Shown here piece by piece: positions 50,144 through 62,114 of a stretch of 64,000 nt of DNA. Position 1 is the stretch's first letter. Each line of letters opens with the position of its first letter. The DNA is taken from the NCBI GenBank assembly GCA_039621445.1, contig CP154954.1, positions 21,898,954 to 21,962,953 on the forward strand. The letters run 5' to 3'. The translations under genes and the position numbers were made by a program. The stretch is from Euglena gracilis. Its lineage: Eukaryota. Below the pieces are notes generated by a model, which searched no databases, was not told the origin of the DNA, and was given only the letters and a program-made list of their open reading frames with translations.

Positions 50144-53100
50144 TTACCAGCCTCGTCCTTGGTGCGGATGTCGGCTGGGGGGATGACTGCCGGTCCAGGC
50201 CCTTCCCCTCGGGACCTGGACGGCCCCGTCATTGCTGCGTCGATGTCGTCCCGGCCGCTTCTCCTTTGCCGGAACCCTTCTCACCGCCTTTGCCTTTCCC
50301 CTTACCCTTGCCTTTGCCTTTTCAACCATCTTACCCCTTGGCTTCGCCGCCTGTCCGGTCCATCCTTCATTCCACGGCTGCTGGTTGCCTTTGACTCGGC
50401 CAGCCCAGCCTTGTGCATCGTTGGAGTCCTTGGTCTCGTCCACCTCCTTCGCTTCACCTTCCTTTTCTTTCTTCACCGCTTCCTTCCTCACATCCTTGAT
50501 GTTGGACTCCTCCTGGACTCCTTGATTGGCCTTGGTGTCGGTCTCATCATCTTCATCTTCGACATCCACTTCCCGCTGCCATCTTGTGGGTGCCGCCGGT
50601 TTGCCGTGGGCCCGCTCGGGGTCGCCTATGGTGGCGGCCCGCTGGTCCACCCTCAGCCACCGCACCATGATGTCGTTGACTTGGGTGGCCGTGAACTCCA
50701 CGGTGTCGGGGGCCACCCGGACGATGGCTCCACCGGACAGCTTCTGCCAGTCTTACACCGCCTTGATGGCTGCCCGGTGGTCGTCATCCGCTGGGACCAC
50801 CTTGATTCTTCTGCACTGGCCATCCACTTTCTTCGGCACGACACCCGTCTCCTCCACCACCATCTCCGTCGCCTCCGCCACCGTCACATCCTCCGGTAGG
50901 CCTTCCAGGACCAGCGCCTCATACTGCCTTTTTGAAGGTGTCGGAATCTGCACCTTTTTTTTTCTTCTGCCTTTTTGTCCCCCTCCCCATCATCAGCGAC
51001 CTTCGGCAGCTGCTCCAACACCCAAGCCGTGTAAGCCTCCTCAACTTCTTGCTTGAATTTTGCATTCACCTGGGCCTTGTCGCAGGCCTGGGCATATGGA
51101 GTTGTGTTTGGGGGGGACGTACAGCCCAAAATTGATGGACCTCAGCTTTTCCGCCACAGAACGGTGGAAATGACTAGGTGCCCCATCCACTGCATACAAA
51201 CACCGGCCGCGTCCCTTCATGCTCAAAGCCCCCGGCAGTATTGGCCTCACAATCTCCAGCATCACCTTCTCATTTGTTTTACCTTTTGCAGCCACAGTCT
51301 GCAGAAGCCGGGGTATGCGTTGCTTCGACAAATCCTTCTCAACACCCGAGCCTCCCTTGTACACAATGGTGGGGTGAAAGCGGCAAACACGACCGAAAAC
51401 TAGGCCTTGGCTAGCAGGTAAGACTTCGACGGCATAGTGCAGATACACAGTGACATGAGATCAGACTTTCATTCACCCGCATTTCAGGAAAAAATCCAAT
51501 TATTTTGGAGGTCCACTGTTGAACTCAGAAGTCTCAGAAATTGCAGAAATTTCGAAAATTTTGATAATTCTCCTTAAAAATCATGACCACGGCGCCGATC
51601 CTCTTCATGGGCCAGCCGCTTCCTCCATGGCTGGCAAAGCTGGTACACCACCAGGCGGGCTAGCTCTACGTCCGTCATGTCCCCGAATTGCATCGCCAGC
51701 GCCTTGGCGTTGGCGAAGTACTCCCGCCACTCGCGCTCCGTCAGCTTGCCCCGCGTCACCACCTTGAGGTGACGGAGCTTCCTTCGTAGTGCTTCTCGGT
51801 CGTCTCCACCCAGCTCCAGGTCCGGCCTCGCCCACAGCTCCTCGAACGGCATCTCGGGGTAAGTCTCCACCATCAGGTCGATGTGCAACGCCGTCGCCTC
51901 GTCCACAGTACTCCGCAGCAGCGCCACCCGCTGCGCCTCGCTGAGGAGGGGGACCATCCCCTCCACCTCGCGGAGGTAGGGGAGCCATCGCCGCCTCCAT
52001 TGGGGCCACTCCTCGGCGTTACCCGAGAACCGTCCCAGATGCCTCCCCCCGAGCGCATCCGGGAGGTGCGGTGGCAGTATCTGCAGCTGGGGAGCCCACA
52101 GCGGCAGGGTTTTTGCTTGGACTTCTCGGATGGCGGTTCCCCTCACGGATGCGGGCACGCTCGCCCCCGCACGCATGAGGAGCATCGGTGCTGCATTCGT
52201 CGGCACCGGACGGGACCGCACGAGTCGCAGCTCCGGTCGAAGCCGCGACGCGGGCGGGTTGGCTGGGTCCGCCGGTGTGGCCGCATTCGCAGCCGGCACC
52301 GCGGACTGCACCACCGGCGGGGGCCCACAGGCAGGGTGGGCAGATGGCTGCACGGCTGGCTGGAGAGACATCCCGGTGGCGAACGCCACCGCGTGTGTCT
52401 GATGCATGGCATGCGATGGGCTGGGATGGACGGCTTGCTGGTACACCGTGCCTTCGGTACTCTGCGGATCGGTGCCTTCGGCACCCAGCGGCTGGCTTGA
52501 CACGGGCACAGAGGCTTGGGAGAGGGGTCGGACTTGGACTCGGACAGATTGGGCAGCAGCCACCGGCACCGGAACCGGTGGTGACGGCTTGGACATGCCG
52601 GCGGTCGCTGCTTGCGGGTGTGATGCCGGATGCTGCGCTGCTCGGTGTGCTGGTGGGGCGGCGGTGCTGGGGGGACGCGATGCCGGCGCAGGCGGATGCG
52701 AGGACAGCGCGGACTGCTGCACTTGCGCGCGGGACGGTTGCGGATAGGACGGTGCTCGTTGGACCGCGGAGGAAGACGGTTGGCGCTCGGAGACGGACAG
52801 CGGCTCTGCTTGGATGACTGCGGTGCTTGGTCGCCGGGGGAATGCATACGCGGATGGCGGCATGGATATCCATTCTCTTGCCGGGCGCGCGGTGGTTGAC
52901 GATGAGGACCGCTCAGCCGGGGCTCGGGCCGCCCCCACGGATGCAGGATGGGGGGCGGTTTGGTAGGGATCGGCTGCCCCGCGTGTTGGCGGCGTGGTCT
53001 GAGCCGCCGCGGACACCGGGGGTCCCCCGGACGGGCGGAGACCGGACATCTTGACAGACCACTGCTTGATCTCCTCCTTCGCCATCCGTATCTCCCTGAA

Positions 53101-54012
53101 CAGCGCTGTCATCACTTGGTCCACCTCCCGGAGGGCCTTCCCCAAGTACACCCTGCACTTGCCCCCCAACTCTACAGAAATCCGATCGCCAGCTTGTTGA
53201 AATACTGCACCTGCAACGCCGGGATTTGGGTCTTGGAGTTGAGCTCCATCAGCTGTAGTCGCTCCTCCACCACCGTGGCGAGCTCCTCCCGCGTCGCCAT
53301 GGTTCCCCAGAGACGGGCCACCTCCACTGCCGTTTCCGGTCCACCACCCGGGCCGCACCCTCGCCGGTCCCGGCACGCACCATCGCCGTCAGGCCTTGCA
53401 CCTCTGCCTCGCGGCATCGGTGCTCAGCCTGCACGGCGGCGATTGCTTGGGCCGCCTCATCCGCCGCCTTTCGGGCGGCCGACTTGGCTTGCGCCACTTG
53501 GCCCTCGAGCCGTCCGTGCTGGGCTTGGATGGTCTCCACGAACTGCGCGATGACCTTGCCTTGCCCCTCCGCCACTTGCTGATAGGCCGCCGCAGACGCC
53601 TCCTTCGTGGCCTTGATCTCCTTGTCCATCTCCTCCAATGCCGCGGTGGGCCAGTCATCCCACATCTCCCGGGGGCGGTTCCCCAGGAGGTCAGGCTGGG
53701 CCACCACCTGCCCGAGACTCGCCTCCACGCCGCGGACTTGGGCGCCAACGGCATCGATGCGGCTCGTCAGCCACACCGCCACCTCCTCCGACACCCCTGG
53801 ATACTCCTCCGCCATGGTCTGGTCCTGCACCGGGACTTCACCCCCGCACCCATCTCCTCCTGGCACATCTCGGGGGCCATATCTTCCTCGTATCCCTCGC
53901 CTGCGGGCCCAGCCTCGTCGTTCACCTCGATGGTCTGCTCGTACGTCTCCTCTGCCACGTCATACTCCACACTTGCCGCGTCCTCGTCCATCTCCTCCAG
54001 GATTCTTGGCAT
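50144..54012 (-). pseudogene. Element B gag (acidic and coiled-coil N-terminus, Pro-rich linker, capsid-like core, RRM-like segment), interrupted
   Basis: ORFs 53767-54219, 53249-53866, 51574-53376 (RFSGNAEEWPQWRRRW...), 50753-50953 and 50144-50716. Confidence 0.8.
50923..51580 (-). pseudogene. pogo/DDE_1 transposase fragment inserted in element B gag
   Basis: LYAVDGAPSH and PPNTTPYAQACD motifs; flanked by TCAT direct repeats at 50919-50922 and 51581-51584; removal restores the gag frame. Confidence 0.75.
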
Positions 54013-54616
54013 CTTGAGTGGCCGGTTGGACGATGAGGATTCAGTAAAGAGGGTTCGTTCCCCACACACGCTTTGATCCCCCTTGCGACTCCGTCTGGGG
54101 GTGGTGGTGGGGGAGAACAGCGCCCCCGCCGTGGCCAGCAGCGGGAAGCAGGTCCGCAGCGCCGTGGCGTCCCGCGGAGACTCCAGCCGGACCTCCGGCA
54201 GCTGGAGCGGCACCAGCACGAGCGCCGCCGCGGACGCCGCCGCGGACGCCCCCCGGGGACGGCGTGGCTGCTGGGGTGGTGCGCAGGGACTGGGACAGGT
54301 ACGAGGGTGGGGATGGGGTGGACTGGATGGATAATGTGAGCTGGAGTGGGAATGGGAGCTGGCGGTTTGGGCGTATCACCTTTTCTTGAGCAGGGCTGGG
54401 TGGGAAAATGGGGGATTCTTTTTCTGCTGTGCACGCTGACAGGGACTGAGCAGCGGCATGCGTGTGCGGTGGATTGGGATTGGATATGGGGCGGTCTTTT
54501 TCATTTTGGGGAGTCCCATGGTAGGGGACACCCACCACCGGGGCGGGGTGAGCCTGTGGAGCCGGATCCACCTTGTCGGTGTGGTTTGTTCCCAGGAAAT
54601 TTTGTTCTGTGAAAAA

Positions 54617-54628
54617 CCTCTGCTACCA
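54617..54628 (-). promoter_or_regulatory. Element B primer-binding site (tRNA-iMet)
   Basis: Minus-strand TGGTAGCAGAGG is complementary to the initiator-Met tRNA 3' end and overlaps the last LTR base. Confidence 0.85.
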
Positions 54629-55260
54629 GTTTCCCGGACGATCTTGTTTTTGCCCAGCCTTCACTCCCGGGGGTCCGTGAGGGGGTACCGGCGGGGTGGG
54701 GGGTAGGCGCGATGGGCTCTGCGGAGAGGGGTAGGTTCGGGATACTCCCCTTCCCACGTAGGATTTTTTCCGGGGGAACGAAGGCCCTCCTTTTTGGGGA
54801 GTGGTTGGAGGGGGAAGTCTGGCTTGGCGTCCCTTCCGGCAGTGGGGTGGGTTTAGGAAAAGGCCTGGTTGCCCTCCCCTAGGCTTCTTGTACCCCAGCA
54901 CCAACACCTTTTTTTGCTTGTACAGCTCCTCCTGCGCCAGCAGATAACCAATCTTTTGTAATCTTTTGGGGCTCCGCCCTTGGGATTTTTGGCTTTCTTG
55001 AACTTTTGCACTTTCTTGGCTCCAGCGCCTTTCTTTGAATTCCCTTGAAAATTGATATATTTTGACCTTGGTCTTTATTCAGCAGGCACAATCTTGAATT
55101 GAACCCATAGGTAAAAGAGAGGGAGCCTGCAGTGAAAAACATCAGAACAGTTAGGGAGCGGTTTGCGCTATTTTGATGCTGAATTAGCGCAGTAGTTCGC
55201 TATACACAACAGCAGGCTGTAATAGTGGCAACGGTAGCTGCAGCGGCCGGTCCGCCAACT
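54628..55260 (-). repeat. Element B 5' LTR
   Basis: Direct repeat of 40307-40938. Confidence 0.95.
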
Positions 55261-55670
55261 ATTAACGGTGTCAAGGCAGATTTTAGTTCTTGCTGGATGA
55301 GCTGCCCCACCAGGGAAGCCGAGTTAACGGTCCCCAGTGCTGCAGCTCCTCCTTCCGTTTTTGGGTGTGGTGTTCCGTTCCCCCAGTGCTGGCTGCTCTG
55401 GCTGAACATACCTGTCAGGGGTTGTGGTGTCCCCGTCCCCGTTTGACAGGCCTGGGGTTCTGGGGTCCCGTCCCTTGGATTCCTGCGGGCTGGCCCCCCA
55501 GGGCTGGCTGTGGCTGGGCCAGGGGTTGTGGGGTCCCCATCCCCGTTAGCCAGGCTTGGGGTTCTATGGTCCCCGTCCCGTGTTGTGTTGTGGGATGGCC
55601 CCACGGGGCTGGTGGGGGCTGGTTCTGTGGTTGTTAGTTCCCCGATCCCCGTTGACCTGCGGCCCTTCTG
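55261..55670 (-). pseudogene. Element A gag, middle part
   Basis: ...QQELKSALTPLI continues in frame into AQPTRQTEQRQ at 40306 once element B is removed. Confidence 0.7.
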
Positions 55671-55671
55671 G

Positions 55672-57292
55672 GTACCCACTCACCAAAAAGACATTGAGGG
55701 ACTCCCGCAAGAAAGGGTTGGACTTCTTCGTCAAAACCAAAAGAGACACAAAAAGTATAGGTTCTGGACGACGCACCCCACTAGCGGAAGTGGAAGACAA
55801 AATCATGTCATGGATTGAGTCCCGGTGGGCAATGTGCATTCCCCCGACGACTTCGGATATTTTCACCTATGCCGAAAAGATCTTAAGCGAACTCCCTCCA
55901 GATGCACCAAAATTCAAAGTGACAAAGGAATGGTACACTCGCTTCGCCTGCCGAAGGGATTTGGTGTTGAGGAAGCCAACCATGAAGAAGTACGTCCTTT
56001 GGAGAAGCAAACCAAATTTCTTCAATTTGGGATTCAATACCAAAGATGGTTTGCCACCCCGCCCCCGATGCATTGTTTTCACTTCACCCAACTTAGGTTT
56101 GGTGAAGACGTCGTGTTTGTCAATGGAGACCAAACTCGAATTTATTATGCTGATGTGAGTGGATAAAATATTGTGGCCAGACCAGGAAAGCACACCGAAA
56201 CCGCCAACCACTTGCACAATGCAACAGACGCAAGCAAGGGTGTGACCATCATGCTGACGATCGACAACTCGGGCGGAAAACTGCCTCCATGGATCGTTTT
56301 TGCTGGAAAAGGAGAAAACCCTGGTGTCAAAATCAGACGTCAATTGCCTGCATTGGAAAAAGATGGATGGTCCCAGGTGAACCCATTTTCCCAAATTGTT
56401 TCCTTAGTATGTCATTTGCAATCAGGAGTGCATCCATTTCAATGCCGAGGCGTGGTGGAACAAAGAAATCACTCTGCGTTATACAAAATGGGTGAGGAGA
56501 CGTTACCCATCAAACCAAGATGTGGTTTTGGTGTGGGACTCTGGGCCTGGCCAAACGGATCGAGAGGTGTTGGACTGGTGCTGGGCTCACAATTTGGGCA
56601 TCACGGTGGTCCCGGGAGGGTGTACAGGCATGTGCCAACCACTGGACGTGTTGGTCATGAAGCCCTTCAAAGCGCTTTATGCGAAGCAATATAAGGTTGT
56701 TGCAATTTTAAAACCCTTTCCTGCTTTTGATTTAGGAGTGGTTGTCGCAAGTGGGCTTTGTGGACGAGGAAGGAAACATCAAAAAGGCGACACATAACGA
56801 CCTTTTGGAAAACGTGTGGCAAGCTTGGTCCAAAGTGCCTGCGGCAACGGTGGTGACGTCATTCAAATGTGCTGGATGGGTGTGATTCATCTGATTTAAG
56901 CCTTTTTTTTCCGTTCCACCACTTCCAAGGGTCTCCCTCTCAAGATGAGTCCATTTGGCAAGCAGACGTGGTGGGCGAGTTGGCCGACATGGGGTTGCAA
57001 CCTCCTCGCAAGAAGACGAAGCCAAGGCAATGGAGAACTTCTGTTGCCGAGGAGGTGGAAAACGTTGTTCTTCACCCTCTTTGCCTTATTTATTGCTTTA
57101 GGCTACATCCAGTGCTAACGCAACACAACCACAAGTGTTGGACGTGAGCGATGAAAGTGACGGAGGTGTTGAGGTTGTTGATGTGGTGGAGCCACAAATT
57201 GAGCAAGTTGAAAGCGATGACGAGGCTGCTGCGCGTGCTAATGATGCCATGCTGGCACGTGCACTGTCATTGGGACTCCACCCACATCGCTG
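55672..57292 (+). pseudogene. pogo/Tigger-like transposase (CENP-B HTH plus DDE_1) with short GT-AG introns, 5'-truncated
   Basis: VEDKIMSWI...KFKVTKEWYTRF..R; NGDQT, GKLPPWIVFAGK, LVWDS, CQPLDV; introns 56377-56425 and 56696-56735 restore the frame. Confidence 0.85.
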
Positions 57293-57599
57293 AACACACA
57301 CACACACACACACCCACACAATCCGGGGAAAAGATCCTGAACCGGAGGTCAGGCCCAAATAAAGAACACCGATGATGGTACACAAGGCCAAAAGATCAAG
57401 GAGGCCAAAGCCCTACCCCGGTGGCCATGCCGCTGGTGAAGCTGTGCTACCACGTCATGTAATAAAACAAATTTCCTTCCAAAAACCTCTTGCCTCGCAC
57501 CTTTGTTGACAATTGGGGTGGGGCAGGCTGTTTCACGAGGGGGGAATTTTCGGACCCCTGGAAGCATAAGGAAGAACCGCCAAAATCGGGATAATTTCA

Positions 57600-59085
57600 G
57601 GAGGGGGAATTTTCGGGGGGGGGAGGTTTACAGCCACTGCCAGTAGTCACAGTTTTGAATGGTTGTTGTCGTTTTTGTTTCCTGCTGCTGAACCCGTCCT
57701 GCCAGATTTCCGATTTCACTGCCAATGTCCTTCTGAATTCTTTCCACCACACTGCTGATTTCGCCTCTGAAGTTTTCAACTTTTCTGCTCACTGTTGCCA
57801 CAGTTTCGTCCACTTTGCTGTTCACCGTTTGGACTCCGCTGTGATTCCTGTGACCCGTTCTTCTGCAACAGCCAATCTCTGTTGGATTTCTGCAGGTGTT
57901 TTTTCGTTTTCTCGCTGTCGGTGCAGTAAACCAACCATATTTTCACCCTGGTTCTGTGCGTTTCCACCTGCTTTCTGCAGAAAACTGTGAAATTTCCTGA
58001 GTTTTTCACCCAGTGAGCCAGACATTTCCCTGATTTCTGTGTTCTGTTGTGACATTCCGTTGAAATGTTCCTGGCACAGCCTGTTCTGGTTCACTGTCAC
58101 CAGTTCCATGTTTGCTTGAGTTGTTGCCAGGACTGTCGTCAGTTCCTCGTGTCTGCCATTTGTTTCTGTCATAAGTGCTTCACCATGTCTGTTAACTGTG
58201 GTGTGCAGTTCGCTTACCCATTCTGTCGTTGTTTGCTGTAGCTGATGCAGTGATTCTGCCGTTTGCTGGTTCGTCAGTTCAGTTTTGTGTCTGAAATGTT
58301 GAAATTCCTGGGTCAGCTGTCCAGTTTTGTATGCAAAGTTCGATCACCAGTCCCAGTCAGTGTTCTGGTTCTGTGGTTCCGGCTGTGGAATCTCGTACGA
58401 GCTGTACGATGGTTCCTGGTACGAAGTTTCGGTTTCACCCTGGAGGCGGTCTGGTTGTTCCGGGCTCTGTCTTACCGCCACCAGTGCAAAACTCTGGGTT
58501 CCTGGTTGCTGTGCTGTTGCGGTTTGCCAGTTTTTGTTGTTCTGCGTGTCCGTTTCTGGCGGTTGGAACCAGTTTTGTGGTGCAAACACGTGTTCGTCAA
58601 AGTATGGTTCGTTGTTTTCGTCCAGTTCCGTGTAATCTGGTGCTGGACTGGTCTGTTCCGTGTTGTCCTGGTCCATCGTCACCATGGCAATGACAAGTGG
58701 GCTGTCATTGCATGTCTGTTGCACTGTAATGTCTGTGCCGTTTTGTTCAGTTTCAGTCCATAAGTTGCTGTCCAATGGATGGTACGTGGCTGCAAAGCCA
58801 TCTGCCGGCTCCACCATCCTAGCGATGGCGGTTAAGGCAGCTGGCATTTACAGTGTTTGGTTCATGGCTGGGAAACCATCCGCCCGCTCCACCACCCTAG
58901 CGATGGCGGTTAAGGCAGCTGGCACATCCAGTGTTTGGTCCAGAGCTGGGCAGCCATCCGCCGGCGCCACCATCCTAGCGACGGCAGTTGAGGCCGTAGG
59001 CATGTCAGCGTCAGTTTTTTCAGTTTGTTGTCGTTTTTCAGTTTCTTGTTCGTAGCCGCATGTTGGAGGGGAATCAAAAATGGGC
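57600..59085 (-). pseudogene. Gag N-terminal region (78-bp tandem repeats, coiled coil) of element A or a sister element
   Basis: ORFs 58848-59144, 58344-58847, 57822-58172 and 57628-57825 lie directly downstream of a PBS; three 78-bp repeats at about 58790-59000. Confidence 0.6.
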
Positions 59086-59091
59086 AGTCTA

Positions 59092-59103
59092 CCTCTGCTA
59101 CCG
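59092..59103 (-). promoter_or_regulatory. Primer-binding site (tRNA-iMet) after the 3-kb LTR
   Basis: Minus-strand CGGTAGCAGAGG, 3 nt after the LTR end TTACA; same as the element B PBS except the first base. Confidence 0.75.
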
Positions 59104-59106
59104 TGC

Positions 59107-62100
59107 TGTAACCGTGGAGCCTGTCCCTGAGTTTCCTGTTTCACAAGGCCGGCACCCCTTTGCGTAGGATCTTTTACCCTGCCCAGGGTGTTTTCAATTC
59201 CCCTCGCGGCTTTAAAAATTGCATTTTTCTTTGCTTTTGAGGGTTTTTTGGGTGAAAATCATTGAAACGAATCATTGATTTTTTGGCCAAAAAATCTGTC
59301 TCGAAATTCTTCCAATCTTCCTCAAAATACGTTGTTGAAACTCTGGACAGTTTTGGGGTAAAATTCTGCCAACGAAAAGAAAACTCAGGCCCGTGACCTG
59401 AAAATCTGTTGATTTTTGCCTCTTTTTCCACCATGTCCCAAAACGGGATACCAACAAAAATTGAAATCTGGCAACCAAAAACGTTGCCATCCCCCATCAT
59501 CCATACCCCTGCCCCCATCCCTGCGAGCAAATTTTGCACCAGGGCCATCACAGATAGAAATTTTTCATGCGTTTCAACGGGAAATTCCAACACGCTTCGC
59601 TGGGGGGCGTTCAAAAGAGGTATTGTTTGTGAGGCTTTTACTTCCAAACTTACGGAAGGAAAATCCACCATTCTGGGAGAAACAAAAAACAGAGTGAGGG
59701 TAAAAACCGTTGTGGGTTGGGTAACGGGAACGTGCAAAGTGTGGCTTTGCCAACAGGGGGTAGAGACCACCTTATGGTGCTCCTCCCCTTTGGGCAAGAC
59801 CAACACTCCACCACTGTTGCCCAAAAAGGCCGCTCCCCCTACCTCTGGGCCTAGGTTGCCCGAGTAGGGAGCGACGGGGGGGATGTTTTGAAAATTTTCG
59901 AAAACCAACCCACTCAGCTCTCGAGAGGGGATTGAGAGGGTATCGGTCTCCGCCTTCTTGGGTGGTCGAAGTTCCCTCCTACCCAAAAAGCCAAAACCCA
60001 ACCCATAGCTGGGGCTTGGGGTTGCTGTCGTTGTGCTGGGTGCTGCTGGGCCCCCCTGCACCGCCACCACAGCGGTGCGGGGGAGTGGGCCCCCGGACGC
60101 CGCAACCACAGCCACGCCGGGGTTGGGGGTCTCCCTTCCCGGGGTGTGAAAACAAAATTTGCGGCCAGTGACCTGGGCAGGGGGAAAAAACTGTCCACGT
60201 TGACCCCCTTCCGCAATAAACTGGGATTGTGTCCATTTGAAAATCCCTCCAATTGAGAAAAGCTTTGCTCAATCCCAATAACCAAAGTGGAAATTTTTAC
60301 AAATCCTTGAATTTTCAGCAAAACTGCCTGAAACGGAGTTTGATTTGAGTTTTCCAAACCCAAAACTGGTGATTCCTCGTCAAAAAGTTCTTGCCTTTTG
60401 GCGCTGTTGTCCAAAGTAAAGTTGGGCTGGAATCCCGCTGAATTCTGATCACTTTTGACCAAAGCGGTTTCCATTTTTGAATCTGGGGGATCTGCAGTTT
60501 TTTCCAACTTTGCCCAGGGAAATTGAAAACATTCTTCGCCCAGCACCTCAAACTGAATTATTTTGTGAACTCCCCTCCTTGCACGTTCTTCCCAAGGATC
60601 TTTGTTTCCCCCCTCCATCTCCATTTCCATGGGGGGGACTGAAATTTGTGTGAGGGGGACAATTCTTGTTTCTCCTCCACCAGCCAAAAAGGCTGATCCG
60701 TGCCCACTCCCAGCCTGGGGCAAAAGGGAAAAATTTACCGTACGGAGGATTCCACCCATCTCCGACAAGATTGGCTGAAAAAATATGAAAACCACAGCAA
60801 AAATCTGTGGCACCAGGGAAAGTTGTCCCGTACGGAGGATATCACCCATCCCCGACCGTTTTGGCTGAAAATCTGCCAAATGCACAGGAAATTTCTGTGA
60901 CGGGGAAAGTGAAAATTCACTTTTTTACTTGAAAACTGAAAGATCCTTGGGTGAGACAACGCCTGGGTTTTTTTATGGGGGAAAATACGTGCCACTTTGT
61001 AAATGGGACCCTGCCCCCCACAATAAATATTGCTGAAAATGGATGCCGTTGGCAAAAACTGTGGGGAAACTTAAGAAAATTCCAGAAAATTATGGGTCCT
61101 CATTGTAATTCGTGCTGAAATTGGCCATGTTGATTGTGAAAAATCTTCTCGGGTCTGAAAATCCTGTGGTAACCCATGAAAATCTGCTGGGAATTCACTT
61201 TTCTGAAAAGTCTGTGGTGATGCGACAAGTAAATTTGGCAAGAAAGATCTTTCTGAAAAATAAGCAGATGAAAAGATAGAAAATTGTGGCACTGAATTTC
61301 TCCCACTTGACACTTCTAAATGCCTACCATTCTTCAGGTTCTTTAGAAGCCTTAGGGCTGTGGGTGGGGGTTGTATGCTGGGACACCATGGTCGTGTGTT
61401 GTACGTGTCCGCCTGCTGATGTCCAGCAGCTTCAATACCGCGCGCCGGGGGGCCATTGCAGGTCCCCCCTCCACCAGATGCAGCTGTCAATGCTGTGCTT
61501 GTTTCTTCAGCTTCAATCTTTTTGGTCTTTCTTCTTTGTCTTTCTTCTGCTTCAGCTGCCTGGCGGGCCTCGCTGTGGCCGGAGGATCCGGGTAGGACCT
61601 CCATGAAACCCCTTCCTTGGTTCGCTGTTTTTGCGGATCCTTCGGCCTCGGCTTTTTTTGAGGCGGGCGCCGGGCTTCGAAGCCAAAATCTTCAATGTTT
61701 TTCTTTTTGTCTTTGGGCTTTTTCCCTTGAACATTAAAATCCAGTTTTTCTTCAAATTCTTGTTTTTGCATGCACAATCAATTGATTTTTTTTGTAGTAT
61801 TGTTCCAGTGCATTGGGTGGGATAGAAGAACCCTGTGTGTGGTATGGTTTGGAATTGGTGGGTTCGAGTGGGGACTTTCTTAGGTTAATTAGGGAAAATG
61901 GGCAAATCCTACTGTGGAAAATTGGTCGGCCGGTCTTGAAAATTTCAAAAAATCGGCCCAGCAAGGTCAAAAATTGAGTTCAGGCTTTCAAGCCGAACCA
62001 TAATAATCATTTCCCTAGGTTAAAATCGACTGAAAACCTAAAAGTGGTATTTCAGTGATTTTCGGCCCCACTCAGGCAAATGTTTGCCAATTTTTGGGTT

Positions 62101-62114
62101 AGGACCACTTTACA
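59107..62114 (-). repeat. Complete 5' LTR of about 3.0 kb (TGTAA...TTACA)
   Basis: Termini defined by comparison with the copies at 18676, 24903 and 31819; followed by a PBS. Confidence 0.88.

Larger units (their letters stand above)
40307..55260 (-). mobile_element. Full-length chromodomain Ty3/Gypsy element B carrying a DNA methyltransferase, nested in the gag of element A
   Basis: Two LTRs of about 632 bp, PBS, PPT; order gag-DNMT-PR-RT-RH-IN-chromodomain; flanked by an AT dinucleotide on both sides. Confidence 0.93.

Noticed and set aside
54617-54628. tRNA gene
   Set aside because: Only a 12-nt complement of a tRNA 3' end (PBS); no cloverleaf. No tRNA, rRNA or spliced-leader gene was recognised in the window.
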